NCBI GenBank assembly: GCA_937911295.1 | Contig: CALDQE010000026.1 | Coordinates: 3,324-67,323, forward strand | Direction: 5' to 3' | Length of the DNA: 64,000 bases | Source of the DNA: an uncultured Verrucomicrobiota bacterium | GTDB taxonomy: Bacteria; Verrucomicrobiota; Kiritimatiellia; RFP12; UBA3636 | Part shown: in pieces, positions 44,706 to 54,708 of the stretch | How the letters are laid out: every line of letters starts with the position of its first letter | Position numbering within the stretch: position 1 is the first letter of the stretch | Notes under the pieces: generated by a model | Told to the model about the DNA's origin: nothing | The model's input: only the letters and a program-made list of their open reading frames with translations | The model's database searches: none | Made by a program: the position numbers and the translations under genes

Positions 44706-47237
44706 TTATTTCTTTGCAAAATTAGGGCGCTTATTGTGGTACCATGCCAACATTACAGGTGTTGCAATGAAGATTGTTGAGAAGGTACTTACAATAATAC
44801 CGATAAGCATACAGGTTGCAAAACCAAAGATATCACCGGAGGTGAAAATCATTAGTGCAGCAACTGTAATCAATGTTGTGATTGAGGTTAGAAGAGTTCT
44901 GCTCAATGTAACATTAATGCACTTATTTGCTAGCTCAGTGAAGGAAAGCTTGTTGTTTTGCTTTAGCTCTTCACGAACACGATCGAATAGAACGATTGTG
45001 TCATTAACACCATAACCAACGATTGTAAGCATTGCTGCAACAATTGTTAGGTTAAACTGGAAGCCAAGAGCTGTGAAGATGCCGATTGTGATTAGTACGT
45101 CATGTACTAGAGCAACAATTGCACCTAGAGCGAAGCCAAATTCAAAGCGTAGAGTGATGTAGAGAAGCATTGCAATTGTTGAAAGTAGGATTGCAATGTA
45201 TGCTGTACGCTTCATTTCGGAACCAATTTGAGAGCCGACTGAGTCAACATCAATAAACTTGATGCCAGCATCCTTCATATCATTCTGAAGAGCAGAACCC
45301 ATAACCTCTGAGATTTCCTTGCCATTAAGCTCTGTGTGAACTGTTGAGATTTCCAGGAAGTTGATTTCCTTGATCTCAGCAGCTTCTTCCGCTTGAGAAG
45401 TCTGGTACTGAGGTTTTGCATCGTCAATACCAACTGCAGCGAGAGACTCGCGAATCTTCTCTAGAGGAGCTTGGTCCTTATTTTCTACCTCAAATGTTAC
45501 TTTAGCACCGCCGGTGAAATCAACAGCGAAGATGCTTGAACGATCATTGATACCGCGAATTAGTGCTGTTGCATCCAATACAACAATAATAATTATAGCA
45601 GCAAGAACACAAGCCTTTGTATACTTCATGAAGTTGATGTTGATATTTGGTGGGACAAGCTCCATCATTTTAATCTTAGCAGTAGTGGTTGGCTTCACAG
45701 TAGCCTGGAAGATTAGCTTTGTAACAACTAGAGCAGTGAACATAGAAGCTAGGATACCTGCAACAAGAGTTACAGAGAAGCCACGGATTAGACCTGTACC
45801 AAATATGAATAGGATGATTGCTGTAATAACAGTGGTTAGGTTACCATCAAAGATAGCTAGGAATGCACGTTGATAGCCAGCCATAATAGAAGCAAAGGTT
45901 GGACGACCTGCAGCCTGCTCTTCACGTGTACGCTCAAAGATAAGAACATTAGCGTCAACAGCCATACCGATAGTCAATAGGATACCAGCGATACCAGGAA
46001 GTGTTAGCACTGGAAGCTTCATAATAGAAGCACTAGCAGTAGCATCCTGAGCAAATGCACTTAGTACACCAGAAGCGATAACTGCGAATACTGGCAATAG
46101 AATAATATTTAGTACTAGAGCGATTGCAGCAACAATACCGACCTTGCGATAATAGAAAATTAAGAATGCAAGTACACCTATGCAGCCAAAAATAATTGCA
46201 TTTTTAGAGGCAGCAATAGAATCCTCGCCAAGAGTTGGAGAAACGAAGCGCTTTCCCATAAACTTTAGAGGAGCAGGAAGAGAACCAGCATTTAGGACAT
46301 TCTGTAGTTGACGAGACTCTTCAATAGAGAATCTGCCAGTAATAATTGCATCTCCGTCAATGCGTGTCTGGATAACAGGAGCAGAATATACGACATCATC
46401 AAGGATGATGGCTAGACGTTTGCCGATATTTTTACCTGTAACATTAGCAAACTTCTTTCTGCCTGCAGAGTCAAAGGTTAGGCTAACGACGCGCTCACCA
46501 GTCTGAGGATTTGAGTCTGCCTTAGCACGAGAGAGGTTTTCACCAGTTAGCTCGACCTTACGCTTAACGAAGATAGGGAAGTAGTAGTCAATCTTTTCCT
46601 CAGATTTCTTTTCTAGCATAAAGTTTGTTCCTGGAGGAGGATTGCCAAACTTACGAAGATATAGTGCATATTCTGGGGATGTGTAGTCAACCTTTTGGTC
46701 TAAATCCTTAACATAGCAAGGATTGCCATTGCTGTCTTCTGTCATTTTATAGCCACGAGGAGCCTTGTCATCAGCCAAAAGTCTTGTTGTCATCTGGTCT
46801 GAGTTATCAGAAACAAGGGAGAACTTTAAGAAAGCAACGCTACGAACTAGGTCCTCTGCTTGCTTACGCTTCTCTTCAGTTGCACCTGGCATTTGAACAT
46901 ATATACGGCCATTCTTACCGCGGGAGATAACTGGCTCTTCAGTGCCAAGAGCATCAATACGAGCACGGACAACTTCAACAGCTGTCTCGTTTGCATTGCT
47001 AATCGCTTTTTCCATCTGAACAGCGATTTCCTGCTCTGAGAGAGTCTTTCCTTCAGCCTCTGCACGCTCAATAATTGTCTGCTTTAGTGCTTCTTGATCA
47101 ATTTCTAGAGTGAAGCTATATCCGCCCTGAAGGTCAAGACCTAGACGAATGTTTTTACCATTTGTACCAATTAGAATAAATGAAAATGCTAGTAATACAA
47201 TTAGTATAAGCCATTTCCATAATGCTTCAGTTTTCAT
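44706..47237 (-). CDS. secDF: protein translocase subunit SecDF (fused)
   Basis: 843 aa. It has a SecD periplasmic domain (LGLDLQGG) and two 6-TM RND-like bundles (DANVLIFER, NDTIVLFDRVRE). Confidence 0.93.
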   Translation of the reverse strand: MKTEALWKWLILIVLLAFSFILIGTNGKNIRLGLDLQGGYSFTLEIDQEALKQTIIERAEAEGKTLSEQEIAVQMEKAISNANETAVEVVRARIDALGTEEPVISRGKNGRIYVQMPGATEEKRKQAEDLVRSVAFLKFSLVSDNSDQMTTRLLADDKAPRGYKMTEDSNGNPCYVKDLDQKVDYTSPEYALYLRKFGNPPPGTNFMLEKKSEEKIDYYFPIFVKRKVELTGENLSRAKADSNPQTGERVVSLTFDSAGRKKFANVTGKNIGKRLAIILDDVVYSAPVIQTRIDGDAIITGRFSIEESRQLQNVLNAGSLPAPLKFMGKRFVSPTLGEDSIAASKNAIIFGCIGVLAFLIFYYRKVGIVAAIALVLNIILLPVFAVIASGVLSAFAQDATASASIMKLPVLTLPGIAGILLTIGMAVDANVLIFERTREEQAAGRPTFASIMAGYQRAFLAIFDGNLTTVITAIILFIFGTGLIRGFSVTLVAGILASMFTALVVTKLIFQATVKPTTTAKIKMMELVPPNININFMKYTKACVLAAIIIIVVLDATALIRGINDRSSIFAVDFTGGAKVTFEVENKDQAPLEKIRESLAAVGIDDAKPQYQTSQAEEAAEIKEINFLEISTVHTELNGKEISEVMGSALQNDMKDAGIKFIDVDSVGSQIGSEMKRTAYIAILLSTIAMLLYITLRFEFGFALGAIVALVHDVLITIGIFTALGFQFNLTIVAAMLTIVGYGVNDTIVLFDRVREELKQNNKLSFTELANKCINVTLSRTLLTSITTLITVAALMIFTSGDIFGFATCMLIGIIVSTFSTIFIATPVMLAWYHNKRPNFAKK

Positions 47238-47275
47238 ATTTATTATACCTTATTAATATTTGTTGTTAATATAAC

Positions 47276-47617
47276 CTAGCGTGCTTCAACAGAAGGGGTT
47301 TCACCATCCTTGATTGTACGTAGCACAGCACCACGGGCAATTTCAATAATTGTGTTAGGTGCAATCTCTACCATAAATGTAGATTCCTTAACTTCTGTAA
47401 TTTTGCCGATTAAACCACCTGCAAAAAGAATTTTTGCTCCTGCACGTAGTTCATTTATTTGTTGTTTACGTTCTTTTTCCTTACGCTGTTGAGGGCGAAT
47501 AAGAATAAAATAGAAAATAGCGAATATAAGGATGATTGGTAGGAATGATGCAAAACCTCCAGCAGCTTGTGGTGGTGGTTGAGTACCATTTGCTAATATT
47601 GTTGTTAATGTGTTCAT
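47276..47617 (-). CDS. yajC: preprotein translocase subunit YajC
   Basis: FLPIILIFAIFYFILIRPQQRKEKE...GGLIGKI. It keeps the conserved tgt-yajC-secDF order. Confidence 0.9.
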   Translation of the reverse strand: MNTLTTILANGTQPPPQAAGGFASFLPIILIFAIFYFILIRPQQRKEKERKQQINELRAGAKILFAGGLIGKITEVKESTFMVEIAPNTIIEIARGAVLRTIKDGETPSVEAR

Positions 47618-47648
47618 AGTTTTTGTGTTCTTTCTTTTTTATTAAAAA

Positions 47649-48779
47649 TTAATCTCTACTGCTGCGTAGCTCCTCATGGGCGATACGCCTAAATTCTTCA
47701 AAGCTTCCATTATCCAATGAAGCTCTAAGCTCACGCATAAACTCCATATAGCAATGAATATTATGAAGGGTCAGCAAACGAATGCCTAAAACCTCGCCCG
47801 CATTAAGCAGATGACGAATATATGCCCTAGTAAAGTTTTGGCAGCACACACAAGTGCAGCCTTCTTCTACAGGACGTAAATCTTGTTTATAGCGACCAGC
47901 TTTTATTTGAACAGAGCCATGGCGTGTGAAGGCAGAGCCATTGCGAGCATGACGAGTTGGTATTACACAATCAAACATATCAATACCGCGTGCGACAGAC
48001 TCAACAATTTGTAGCCTATCTCCCACACCCATTAGGTAGCGTGGTTTGTCCTCAGGAAGGTATGGTGTGCTATCCTCAACGCCCTTGATAAGGACATCCT
48101 CCGGTTCGCCCACACTTACTCCCCCGACAGCATAGCCATCAAAACCAATATCCACAAGCCCTTCTGCACAGCGCTTGCGTAGCTCTGGATAGACGCCACC
48201 CTGAACAATGCCAAATAGCTTTTGCCCTTCTGCACGCTCTTGCTCTGCACAAACCTTTGCCCAAGCCAATGTCTTGGTTATGGATTTTTGTGCATATTCT
48301 GGAGTGCAAGGGTAGGGGATGCACTCATCAAAGCACATTGCCACATCAGAGCCAATTGCTTTTTGCATAGCAATTGATTCCTTTGGACCCAGGAAGAAGC
48401 GTTTCCCATCAATATGTGAATTAAATTCAACACCATCCTGACGAATCTTACGAAGCTTGCCAAGAGAAAATACTTGGAAGCCTCCGCTATCCGTTAAAAT
48501 AGGGCCATCATATTGCATAAACTTATGTAAGCCGCCAACGGCCTCCATAATCTCCTTGCCAGGGCGAAGCATAAGGTGATAGGTGTTAGCCAAAATCATA
48601 CCAACACCTAGCTCATTGAGGTCTCTAGGCTCTAAGGTTTTTACTGTCCCTTGGGTGCCAACAGGCATAAAGCATGGAGTCTCAACAATGCCATGAGAGG
48701 TCATTAGTTGAGATCTACGTGCTTCAAAGCCATTGCCAAGCACCTTTGTTGTTTTTAAAACCTTGAACTGTTCTGCCAT
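47649..48779 (-). CDS. tgt: tRNA guanosine(34) transglycosylase
   Basis: TPCFMPVGT, LTDSGGFQV, GLAVGE-like GGVSVGEP, and the zinc site CTCVCC...H. Confidence 0.95.
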   Translation of the reverse strand: MAEQFKVLKTTKVLGNGFEARRSQLMTSHGIVETPCFMPVGTQGTVKTLEPRDLNELGVGMILANTYHLMLRPGKEIMEAVGGLHKFMQYDGPILTDSGGFQVFSLGKLRKIRQDGVEFNSHIDGKRFFLGPKESIAMQKAIGSDVAMCFDECIPYPCTPEYAQKSITKTLAWAKVCAEQERAEGQKLFGIVQGGVYPELRKRCAEGLVDIGFDGYAVGGVSVGEPEDVLIKGVEDSTPYLPEDKPRYLMGVGDRLQIVESVARGIDMFDCVIPTRHARNGSAFTRHGSVQIKAGRYKQDLRPVEEGCTCVCCQNFTRAYIRHLLNAGEVLGIRLLTLHNIHCYMEFMRELRASLDNGSFEEFRRIAHEELRSSRD

Positions 48780-48814
48780 AATAAATTAAAACTCAAATTC
48801 TTTTTGTTAAATGC

Positions 48815-49921
48815 TTATTGAGCATTTTGCTGGCGAATTACCTCGTAAATTGCTAAAGCACCAGCAACACCAGCATTTAATGAACCTACCTTACCGAACA
48901 TAGGTAGGCGTGCTAGGTTGTCACAGCGCTCACGAACTAATCTACCAAGCCCCTGACCTTCGCTTCCAATAACGATACAGACCTTACCCTTGAAGTTAAT
49001 GTCTGTATAATTTTTGGATTCTGGAAGTGCTTCAAGACCTGTGGACCAAACATTGTACTTCTTTAAGCGTTCAATTACCTCAGAAATATTTGGAACTAAA
49101 GCAATGCGGATGTGCTCTGCTGCACCTGCTGATGCACGAACAGCTGCCGGTGTTACACCAACAGCTCTATCTGCTGGTAGAACGATGCCTTTTGCTCCGG
49201 CACACTCACAAGAGCGAATAATCGAGCCCAGGTTCTGAGGGTCAACCACATGGTCAAGAATAACAAAGAGCTGATTCTCTTCATCCTCTTTTGCTGCTTC
49301 AGCATATAGTTCATCGATATCTACATAAGGGTAGTCCGCACAAACTGCTACAACACCCTGGTGGTTTGCAGAATTCATCCATGCATCAAGAGTTTCGCGC
49401 TTATGCTTTAGGATGCGGATGCTACGCTCTTCGCAGGTCTTTTTGATTTCATCAACCTCATCACTATCCTTTACGCCATCAGCAAGAATCATATCCAGCA
49501 CTTGGCGGCGATTTGCTCTAAGCATCTCAATTACAGGTTGGCGACCAAATAGTAGCTCTCCCTCTGGGCGTGCAGGTATTGAATCCGTTTTTTTAGTAGG
49601 GGCTTCTTCTGCTGAGCTGTCAAAGCTTTTACGCTTGAACCCGCCATCAAACTTTTCACCAGAGCGCTTTTCGTTGCGCTCAAAGCCGCCCTCGCGCTCC
49701 CATGGCTTCTTGAAGCTGTTGTCGCCACTGTCGCGCTTGCTTCCGCCACCAAAGCCACCACGGTCACGCTTATCAAAGCCACCGCGACCACCAAAGCTAC
49801 CGCGCTCTTCGCGACCCTCGCGCTCCCATGGCTTCTTAAAGCCACTATCGCGCTTTGAGGATGACTTGCTTCCGCCATCACGCTCCCATGGTTTTTTGAA
49901 AAAAGATGTTAATTTACTCAT
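48815..49921 (-). CDS. rlmB: 23S rRNA (guanosine-2'-O)-methyltransferase RlmB/TrmH family with a repetitive basic N-terminal extension
   Basis: SPOUT C-terminal domain (DPQNLGSIIRS, VIGSEGQGL, SLNAGVAGA). The N-terminal ~110 aa carry three FKKPWERE/DGG repeats and RGG-like stretches. Confidence 0.85.
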   Translation of the reverse strand: MSKLTSFFKKPWERDGGSKSSSKRDSGFKKPWEREGREERGSFGGRGGFDKRDRGGFGGGSKRDSGDNSFKKPWEREGGFERNEKRSGEKFDGGFKRKSFDSSAEEAPTKKTDSIPARPEGELLFGRQPVIEMLRANRRQVLDMILADGVKDSDEVDEIKKTCEERSIRILKHKRETLDAWMNSANHQGVVAVCADYPYVDIDELYAEAAKEDEENQLFVILDHVVDPQNLGSIIRSCECAGAKGIVLPADRAVGVTPAAVRASAGAAEHIRIALVPNISEVIERLKKYNVWSTGLEALPESKNYTDINFKGKVCIVIGSEGQGLGRLVRERCDNLARLPMFGKVGSLNAGVAGALAIYEVIRQQNAQ

Positions 49922-49997
49922 ATTTTATTTGCTTACCTTTACAAGCATTTCTTTCTTATTTTAAGTATGTATCAAGAGTAATGACTGATGTCTCAAA

Positions 49998-50597
49998 TTA
50001 ATGATTGCCGTGGCGAGTATTTGCACGTGCTTCATTAACATGTATCTTACGACCCTTAATTTCCTTATTGTTTAATGCTCTTATTGCTTCCTCTGCTTCA
50101 GAGCGATGTGGCATCTCTACAAAACCATAACCCTTGGACTTGCGGCTATTACGCTGTGTAATAATGCGTGCAGATGTTACAATACCAAATTTTTCAAACT
50201 CCTTACGTAAATCGGAATTTCCCATTTCGTAGCTTAGATTGCCTACATAGATTTCAACAGCATTTGGGTTTGACTTGAAGGACTTCTTTTTGCCCTTGCC
50301 TGCTGAACGCTTTTTTGTTTTTACGATTAGGCAAAGAACAATGATAATAAGAACGGCAACAGCGATAAGCCCGCCCCATTGATAACATTCTACTTTGCAA
50401 TTTTCACTGCTGTCGCATGGTGGAAGTAGAGCAGTTGTGGTAGCGGTTTCTTCTGTGCTTGCTAGCTCGCTTTCAGTAATAGGTGCTGCATCGTTCTCTT
50501 CAGTAATAACTGCAGCAACGATATCTGTTTTCTCCACTGCGTCTTCTGCAACAGTGTTGATTACTGTTGCTTCTGTGTTTTCGGATATGTTTTCCAT
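49998..50597 (-). CDS. RRM-domain RNA-binding protein with an acidic N-terminal region and a single transmembrane helix
   Basis: RNP2 IYVGNL, RNP1 KGYGFVEM, transmembrane segment GGLIAVAVLIIIVLCLIV followed by KTKKRSAGKGKKK. The ATG at 50597 is preferred over the GTG at 50669. Confidence 0.75.
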   Translation of the reverse strand: MENISENTEATVINTVAEDAVEKTDIVAAVITEENDAAPITESELASTEETATTTALLPPCDSSENCKVECYQWGGLIAVAVLIIIVLCLIVKTKKRSAGKGKKKSFKSNPNAVEIYVGNLSYEMGNSDLRKEFEKFGIVTSARIITQRNSRKSKGYGFVEMPHRSEAEEAIRALNNKEIKGRKIHVNEARANTRHGNH

Positions 50598-50771
50598 TTT
50601 GTTTCTTTCTCGGTTTCTATTGTGGATTTCTTTTAAAGCGGTCCACGTCCGCTGGTTCTTGTTAGGCACGAGAGGATTTAGGATACAAATTCAGTCAATC
50701 AATAAAATCCCGTCGCACACTCTTCTTCTTTCATAGAGGTCCTCCGACCTCCTCAAATTGTTTTTTATCTA

Positions 50772-53171
50772 TTAATCTCCTTCTAGGAAGCCTTGTAAAC
50801 GCTTCATACGTGTTGGGTGGCGAAGCTTCTTTAATGCCTTTGCCTCAATTTGACGAATTCGTTCACGAGTAACATTATATGCTTTGCCGACCTCCTCAAG
50901 AGTTTTTGGATAGCCATTGACCAAGCCAAATCTATCCTCAATTACTTGTCTTTCGCGGTCGCTTAGTGTTTTCAATACCTCAGCAATTCGCTCCTTGAGC
51001 ATAGCATAAGATGCCATATCGGCTGGGTTTTCTACACCAGTGTCTGCAATAAAATCACCGAAGTGTGCATCGTCACTATCACCAACTGGACTTTGTAAAG
51101 AAATTGGCTGTTGGGACATTTTTATTACCTGACGCACTCTATCCAAAGGAAGATTCATCTTCTCAGAAATCTCCTCTGGAGTTGGCTCACGCCCATTCTC
51201 CTGAACAAGTGCCTTCTGAATGCGTTGAAGACGATGTATTGTCTCAATCATGTGTACCGGAATACGGATTGTTCGTGCTTGGTCTGCTATAGCACGAGTT
51301 GCTGCCTGACGAATCCACCATGTAGCGTATGTTGAGAATTTATATCCACGCTGATATTCAAATTTCTCAACAGCTTTCATTAAACCAGTGTTTCCTTCCT
51401 GGATTAAATCGAGGAACGATAGACCACGGTTCATATAACGCTTCACAATTGAAATTACAAGACGTAGATTTGCTTCAACCATTTCTGTACGAGCCTTAGC
51501 ACCTTCAGCTAGAGCTTGACGAAGCTTATCAAAGTCATATAAAAACTCTTCAGGTGTCATCAAGAATTCTGAAGCGATTTTTTCAAGCTTTTCTTCGATT
51601 TCCTTAATCTTCTCGTCGCGTGCTTTAGTTTTACGCGTTTTTTCAACTTGTTCTTTTTCAGCAAGCAGATTTTTATAAGCCTTGTAAATTTCTTCTTCAG
51701 CTCTTTGAGCAAGATTTTCAAGAGTTTTTTGTTTGAAACTTAGATTTTCGTAATTAGCAAGAAAATCAGTGAACTTATCATTAAGCTTGCTCTGTTTATC
51801 AGCAATATTTGCTTCGCGACGCTTTACAGAGACATTTGCTGTGCTATTTTTAGCCTTTTTAAGGGATTCGTATGCCTTAAAAATTTCACCACTTAAAGTT
51901 TCAAGATCCTTTCTAAATGTAGGGAGTTTAGCAATATAAGCATCACGATTATCGGCAAACTTGTCCATAACGATACGGTCAAAGCGATCTTCTTTATGCT
52001 CGATTTGTTCTAGCAAATCAAGATACATACGAGCAGCAAAGCCATAGCGGTTAAACTTTCCCTTAATAATCTTTTCGTTTTCTTCAATTCTGATGCAAAT
52101 ATCGCGCTCCTGTTCACGAGTTAAAAGCTGTACTTGCCCCATCTGGTGGAGATACATACGGATAGGGTCATCATAGAAATCAGGTCGTGGTTGGGTAGCA
52201 TTACTATCTTGGACTTGATTTTGCTTGTTGCTGAGATATTCCTCAACACTGGCAGAATTGATAATATCAATTTGAAGGGCATTAAGCTCAGAAATGTACA
52301 AATCAATGGTGTCTGGATTTGTTGTATTTTCTGGGAGAATCTCATGGATATCTTCATAAGTTAGGTAGTTGCCTTTAGCTTCAGCAGCTTTAACCAATTC
52401 TTGGAGCTTTTCAATTTCAAAATCAGATTGACGAGAGCTAATGCCAAAGGATTCAATATCATCCTCAGACTCGCCTGGAATAGCAAAGCCCTTGGAGCCA
52501 GAGAAGTCACTGTCATCATTACCTTGGGCGGAGAGGAAATCATTTTCGTCATCCTCCTCTGATGCTCCACCCATAATTTCATCATCGTCATTGCTGCTAT
52601 CACTAGCGAAGCCATTGTTTTCTGTTTTGATGAGTTCATTGATTTCTTTATCATCAAAATCTAAAACTTCAACTTCAAGCTCAGCTAATTCATCGTCAGA
52701 AGGAGCTAATTCACGATTCTCATCGAAATTCTCTTCCCATTCATCTATTACATTCTCATCTGTTGGGGTTTTATCAAGCTCTTCGGCCCAATCAAAATCT
52801 TTTTTATGAGAATTTTTTTGTCTTTTAGTTGTAGTTTTACCGAAAACCTCATCCTCTTTTTCGATGAGAACAAAATCCTTTTCGTCTACAGCATTAGGTG
52901 TTACCTTGGACTTGCTTTTAGTTTCAGCCTTTTTCTTGCTCTTGGTGTCTTCCATTGGTTTAACAGCAGCTGGGATTTTCGCCTTTTTAGGTGGATTCTC
53001 TTGCTTGATGGTGCTTGTGGATTTTGTTGGCTCAGCAGCTGCCTTCTTGTTTTTTTCGCTCGTTGACTGTGCTTTAGGTTGAGCAGGATTTTTTACTGTT
53101 GGCTTTTTGTTTGAAGAATTTGCCTTTTTCTCAGCTGAGGTGTTTTTTTCTTTAGTATTTGTTTTTTTCAT
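50772..53171 (-). CDS. rpoD: RNA polymerase primary sigma factor RpoD with a ~250-aa N-terminal extension
   Basis: Regions 1.2 to 4.2 are recognisable ([45 protein letters not shown]). The N-terminus is Lys-rich, then strongly acidic. Confidence 0.93.
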   Translation of the reverse strand: MKKTNTKEKNTSAEKKANSSNKKPTVKNPAQPKAQSTSEKNKKAAAEPTKSTSTIKQENPPKKAKIPAAVKPMEDTKSKKKAETKSKSKVTPNAVDEKDFVLIEKEDEVFGKTTTKRQKNSHKKDFDWAEELDKTPTDENVIDEWEENFDENRELAPSDDELAELEVEVLDFDDKEINELIKTENNGFASDSSNDDDEIMGGASEEDDENDFLSAQGNDDSDFSGSKGFAIPGESEDDIESFGISSRQSDFEIEKLQELVKAAEAKGNYLTYEDIHEILPENTTNPDTIDLYISELNALQIDIINSASVEEYLSNKQNQVQDSNATQPRPDFYDDPIRMYLHQMGQVQLLTREQERDICIRIEENEKIIKGKFNRYGFAARMYLDLLEQIEHKEDRFDRIVMDKFADNRDAYIAKLPTFRKDLETLSGEIFKAYESLKKAKNSTANVSVKRREANIADKQSKLNDKFTDFLANYENLSFKQKTLENLAQRAEEEIYKAYKNLLAEKEQVEKTRKTKARDEKIKEIEEKLEKIASEFLMTPEEFLYDFDKLRQALAEGAKARTEMVEANLRLVISIVKRYMNRGLSFLDLIQEGNTGLMKAVEKFEYQRGYKFSTYATWWIRQAATRAIADQARTIRIPVHMIETIHRLQRIQKALVQENGREPTPEEISEKMNLPLDRVRQVIKMSQQPISLQSPVGDSDDAHFGDFIADTGVENPADMASYAMLKERIAEVLKTLSDRERQVIEDRFGLVNGYPKTLEEVGKAYNVTRERIRQIEAKALKKLRHPTRMKRLQGFLEGD

Positions 53172-53258
53172 AAAAATAGTGTTTTAAGAGTTTTCAATAA
53201 AGCAAATGTATGCTTTATCAACAAGATGCTGTTCTAATAGTTTTACAATGTGCTTTAC

Positions 53259-54266
53259 TTATTGATTAAATCCGGCACCTAAATCGCTTGTATTTTTAGG
53301 GTCAATGCCTCTAGTTAAAAACCAAAGGGTGTTATATTTTTTCCCACCAATCATGAAGGATTGTTGAACTTGTTCTATATGTCCATCCATAAAAATTGCG
53401 AAAGAAAACCCAAAATCAATCACCTCTGAGGTGTTTAAGTCCTTTTGTTTTTTACGTTGGTGTATAGGCATAATAACATCAGTGTTTACGGTATCAATAT
53501 TTCCTTTCTCCCAAGCAACCAAGATACAATCTCCGTGACGACATGCGTTGCCTCTTTCTCTTTTTGCTCTAAATATACCCTGGTTTGCACCGTATGTAGG
53601 GACTAATATTTCTGAAAATAGTAGAAGTTTTGAGGCTTCCGGAATTCGTCTTTTTGTCTTAGTTCCATCATCGCAATTGTATTCCTGGTTTGTTCCAATA
53701 CCAGTGAGAGGTCTAGATCCATCCCACCATTTAGGGTAAGACTCGGTGTAGAAATATTCATTCATTGCATAAGTGCGGTAAATTTCCTCTTTGACTTTGT
53801 TTTCTTCCTTTGAAATTTTTTCCGCAGCTGGGCAAACATAATGCTCCATAGATTCGTTCATATATTCAAAAATAGTACCATTTTCAACACCAAAACGAGC
53901 ATATTTTCCATAGCCACGATCATGATAGAGCTTGTCAGAATGTGGTTTTGGTTTACCATTGTATGATTTCAAGGTGTCTAAATCACAGTCGGATGGAGCC
54001 CAAGAAATCCAGCCAGAAATCTGCTCATATTTAGGCGTATCACCAACGCGTTCAAAGGATTGAGCATAAGGCAAAAAACCACCATGGTCATTTGCATAAC
54101 TAATGCAGGCTGTGTGTAGCTGCTTCAGGTTTGTCCTGCATTTTTCATCCTGGGCCTTGCTAATGCCATTTTTTAGTGCTGGGAATATCATCCCTGCGAG
54201 AATGCCAATAACAGCTAGAACTACTAGTAGTTCCACAAGTGTAAATCCTTGCTTGGTTCTTTTCAT
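53259..54266 (-). CDS. prepilin-type N-terminal cleavage/methylation domain protein (DUF1559 / H-X9-DG type)
   Basis: KQGFTLVELLVVLAVIGILAGMIFPAL N-terminus, and FMDGH near the C-terminus. Confidence 0.85.
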   Translation of the reverse strand: MKRTKQGFTLVELLVVLAVIGILAGMIFPALKNGISKAQDEKCRTNLKQLHTACISYANDHGGFLPYAQSFERVGDTPKYEQISGWISWAPSDCDLDTLKSYNGKPKPHSDKLYHDRGYGKYARFGVENGTIFEYMNESMEHYVCPAAEKISKEENKVKEEIYRTYAMNEYFYTESYPKWWDGSRPLTGIGTNQEYNCDDGTKTKRRIPEASKLLLFSEILVPTYGANQGIFRAKRERGNACRHGDCILVAWEKGNIDTVNTDVIMPIHQRKKQKDLNTSEVIDFGFSFAIFMDGHIEQVQQSFMIGGKKYNTLWFLTRGIDPKNTSDLGAGFNQ

Positions 54267-54575
54267 TTATATCCTTTGTGTAGGTGTTAAAATTTTGGAC
54301 CGCATCCTATAGAATTTAAGTCGCCTTTTTAGGTGGTTTTGAATAGTAAAAATTATACCAAAAAATAAAAATTATGTAAACTAAAGTTTTAATATTTTTG
54401 GGATTTTTTTATGCAATGTTGAAGCGGGAAATAAATTAGCCCCAATCGGGTATTTAACTTGGTTGTGTCTGAATTATTATCTTGCCAAGTCCCGTGCCTC
54501 AAATAATCACGCAGGTACAAACTGTGTTAAATCGCTAAATTTGTGCTAAATTGCGTGAAAATCGTAGATGTCTAT

Positions 54576-54617
54576 ATGTAATTATCGAAATTTATGATGT
54601 AATTATCGAAATTTATG
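54576..54617 (+). repeat. 21-bp perfect tandem direct repeat (ATGTAATTATCGAAATTTATG x2)
   Basis: Units at 54576-54596 and 54597-54617, ending 7 nt upstream of a -35-like TTGATT. Confidence 0.9.
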
Positions 54618-54624
54618 GTTATAT

Positions 54625-54653
54625 TTGATTTGCTATGCTTTTTTTGGTACTAT
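54625..54653 (+). promoter_or_regulatory. candidate sigma-70 promoter of the GH43 gene
   Basis: TTGATT (54625-54630), a 17-nt spacer, then TACTAT (54648-54653). Confidence 0.35.
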
Positions 54654-54708
54654 TTTACTTGTTGAAAGACCCAATTACCCCGCAATTTTTATGTTTAAGG
54701 AGAAATTT

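Noticed and set aside
49413-49964. 183-aa ORF on the plus strand, antisense to the rlmB 5' region.
   Set aside because: It is a shadow ORF produced by the repetitive, codon-biased rlmB N-terminal repeats. Its product is Ser/Pro/Arg low-complexity, and it has no ribosome-binding site.
54267-54708. Replication origin at the divergent gene-orientation switch.
   Set aside because: No TTATCCACA-type DnaA boxes, no AT-rich 13-mer cluster, and no dnaA or dnaN nearby. A convergent switch lies only 15 kb away, so this is local operon organisation.
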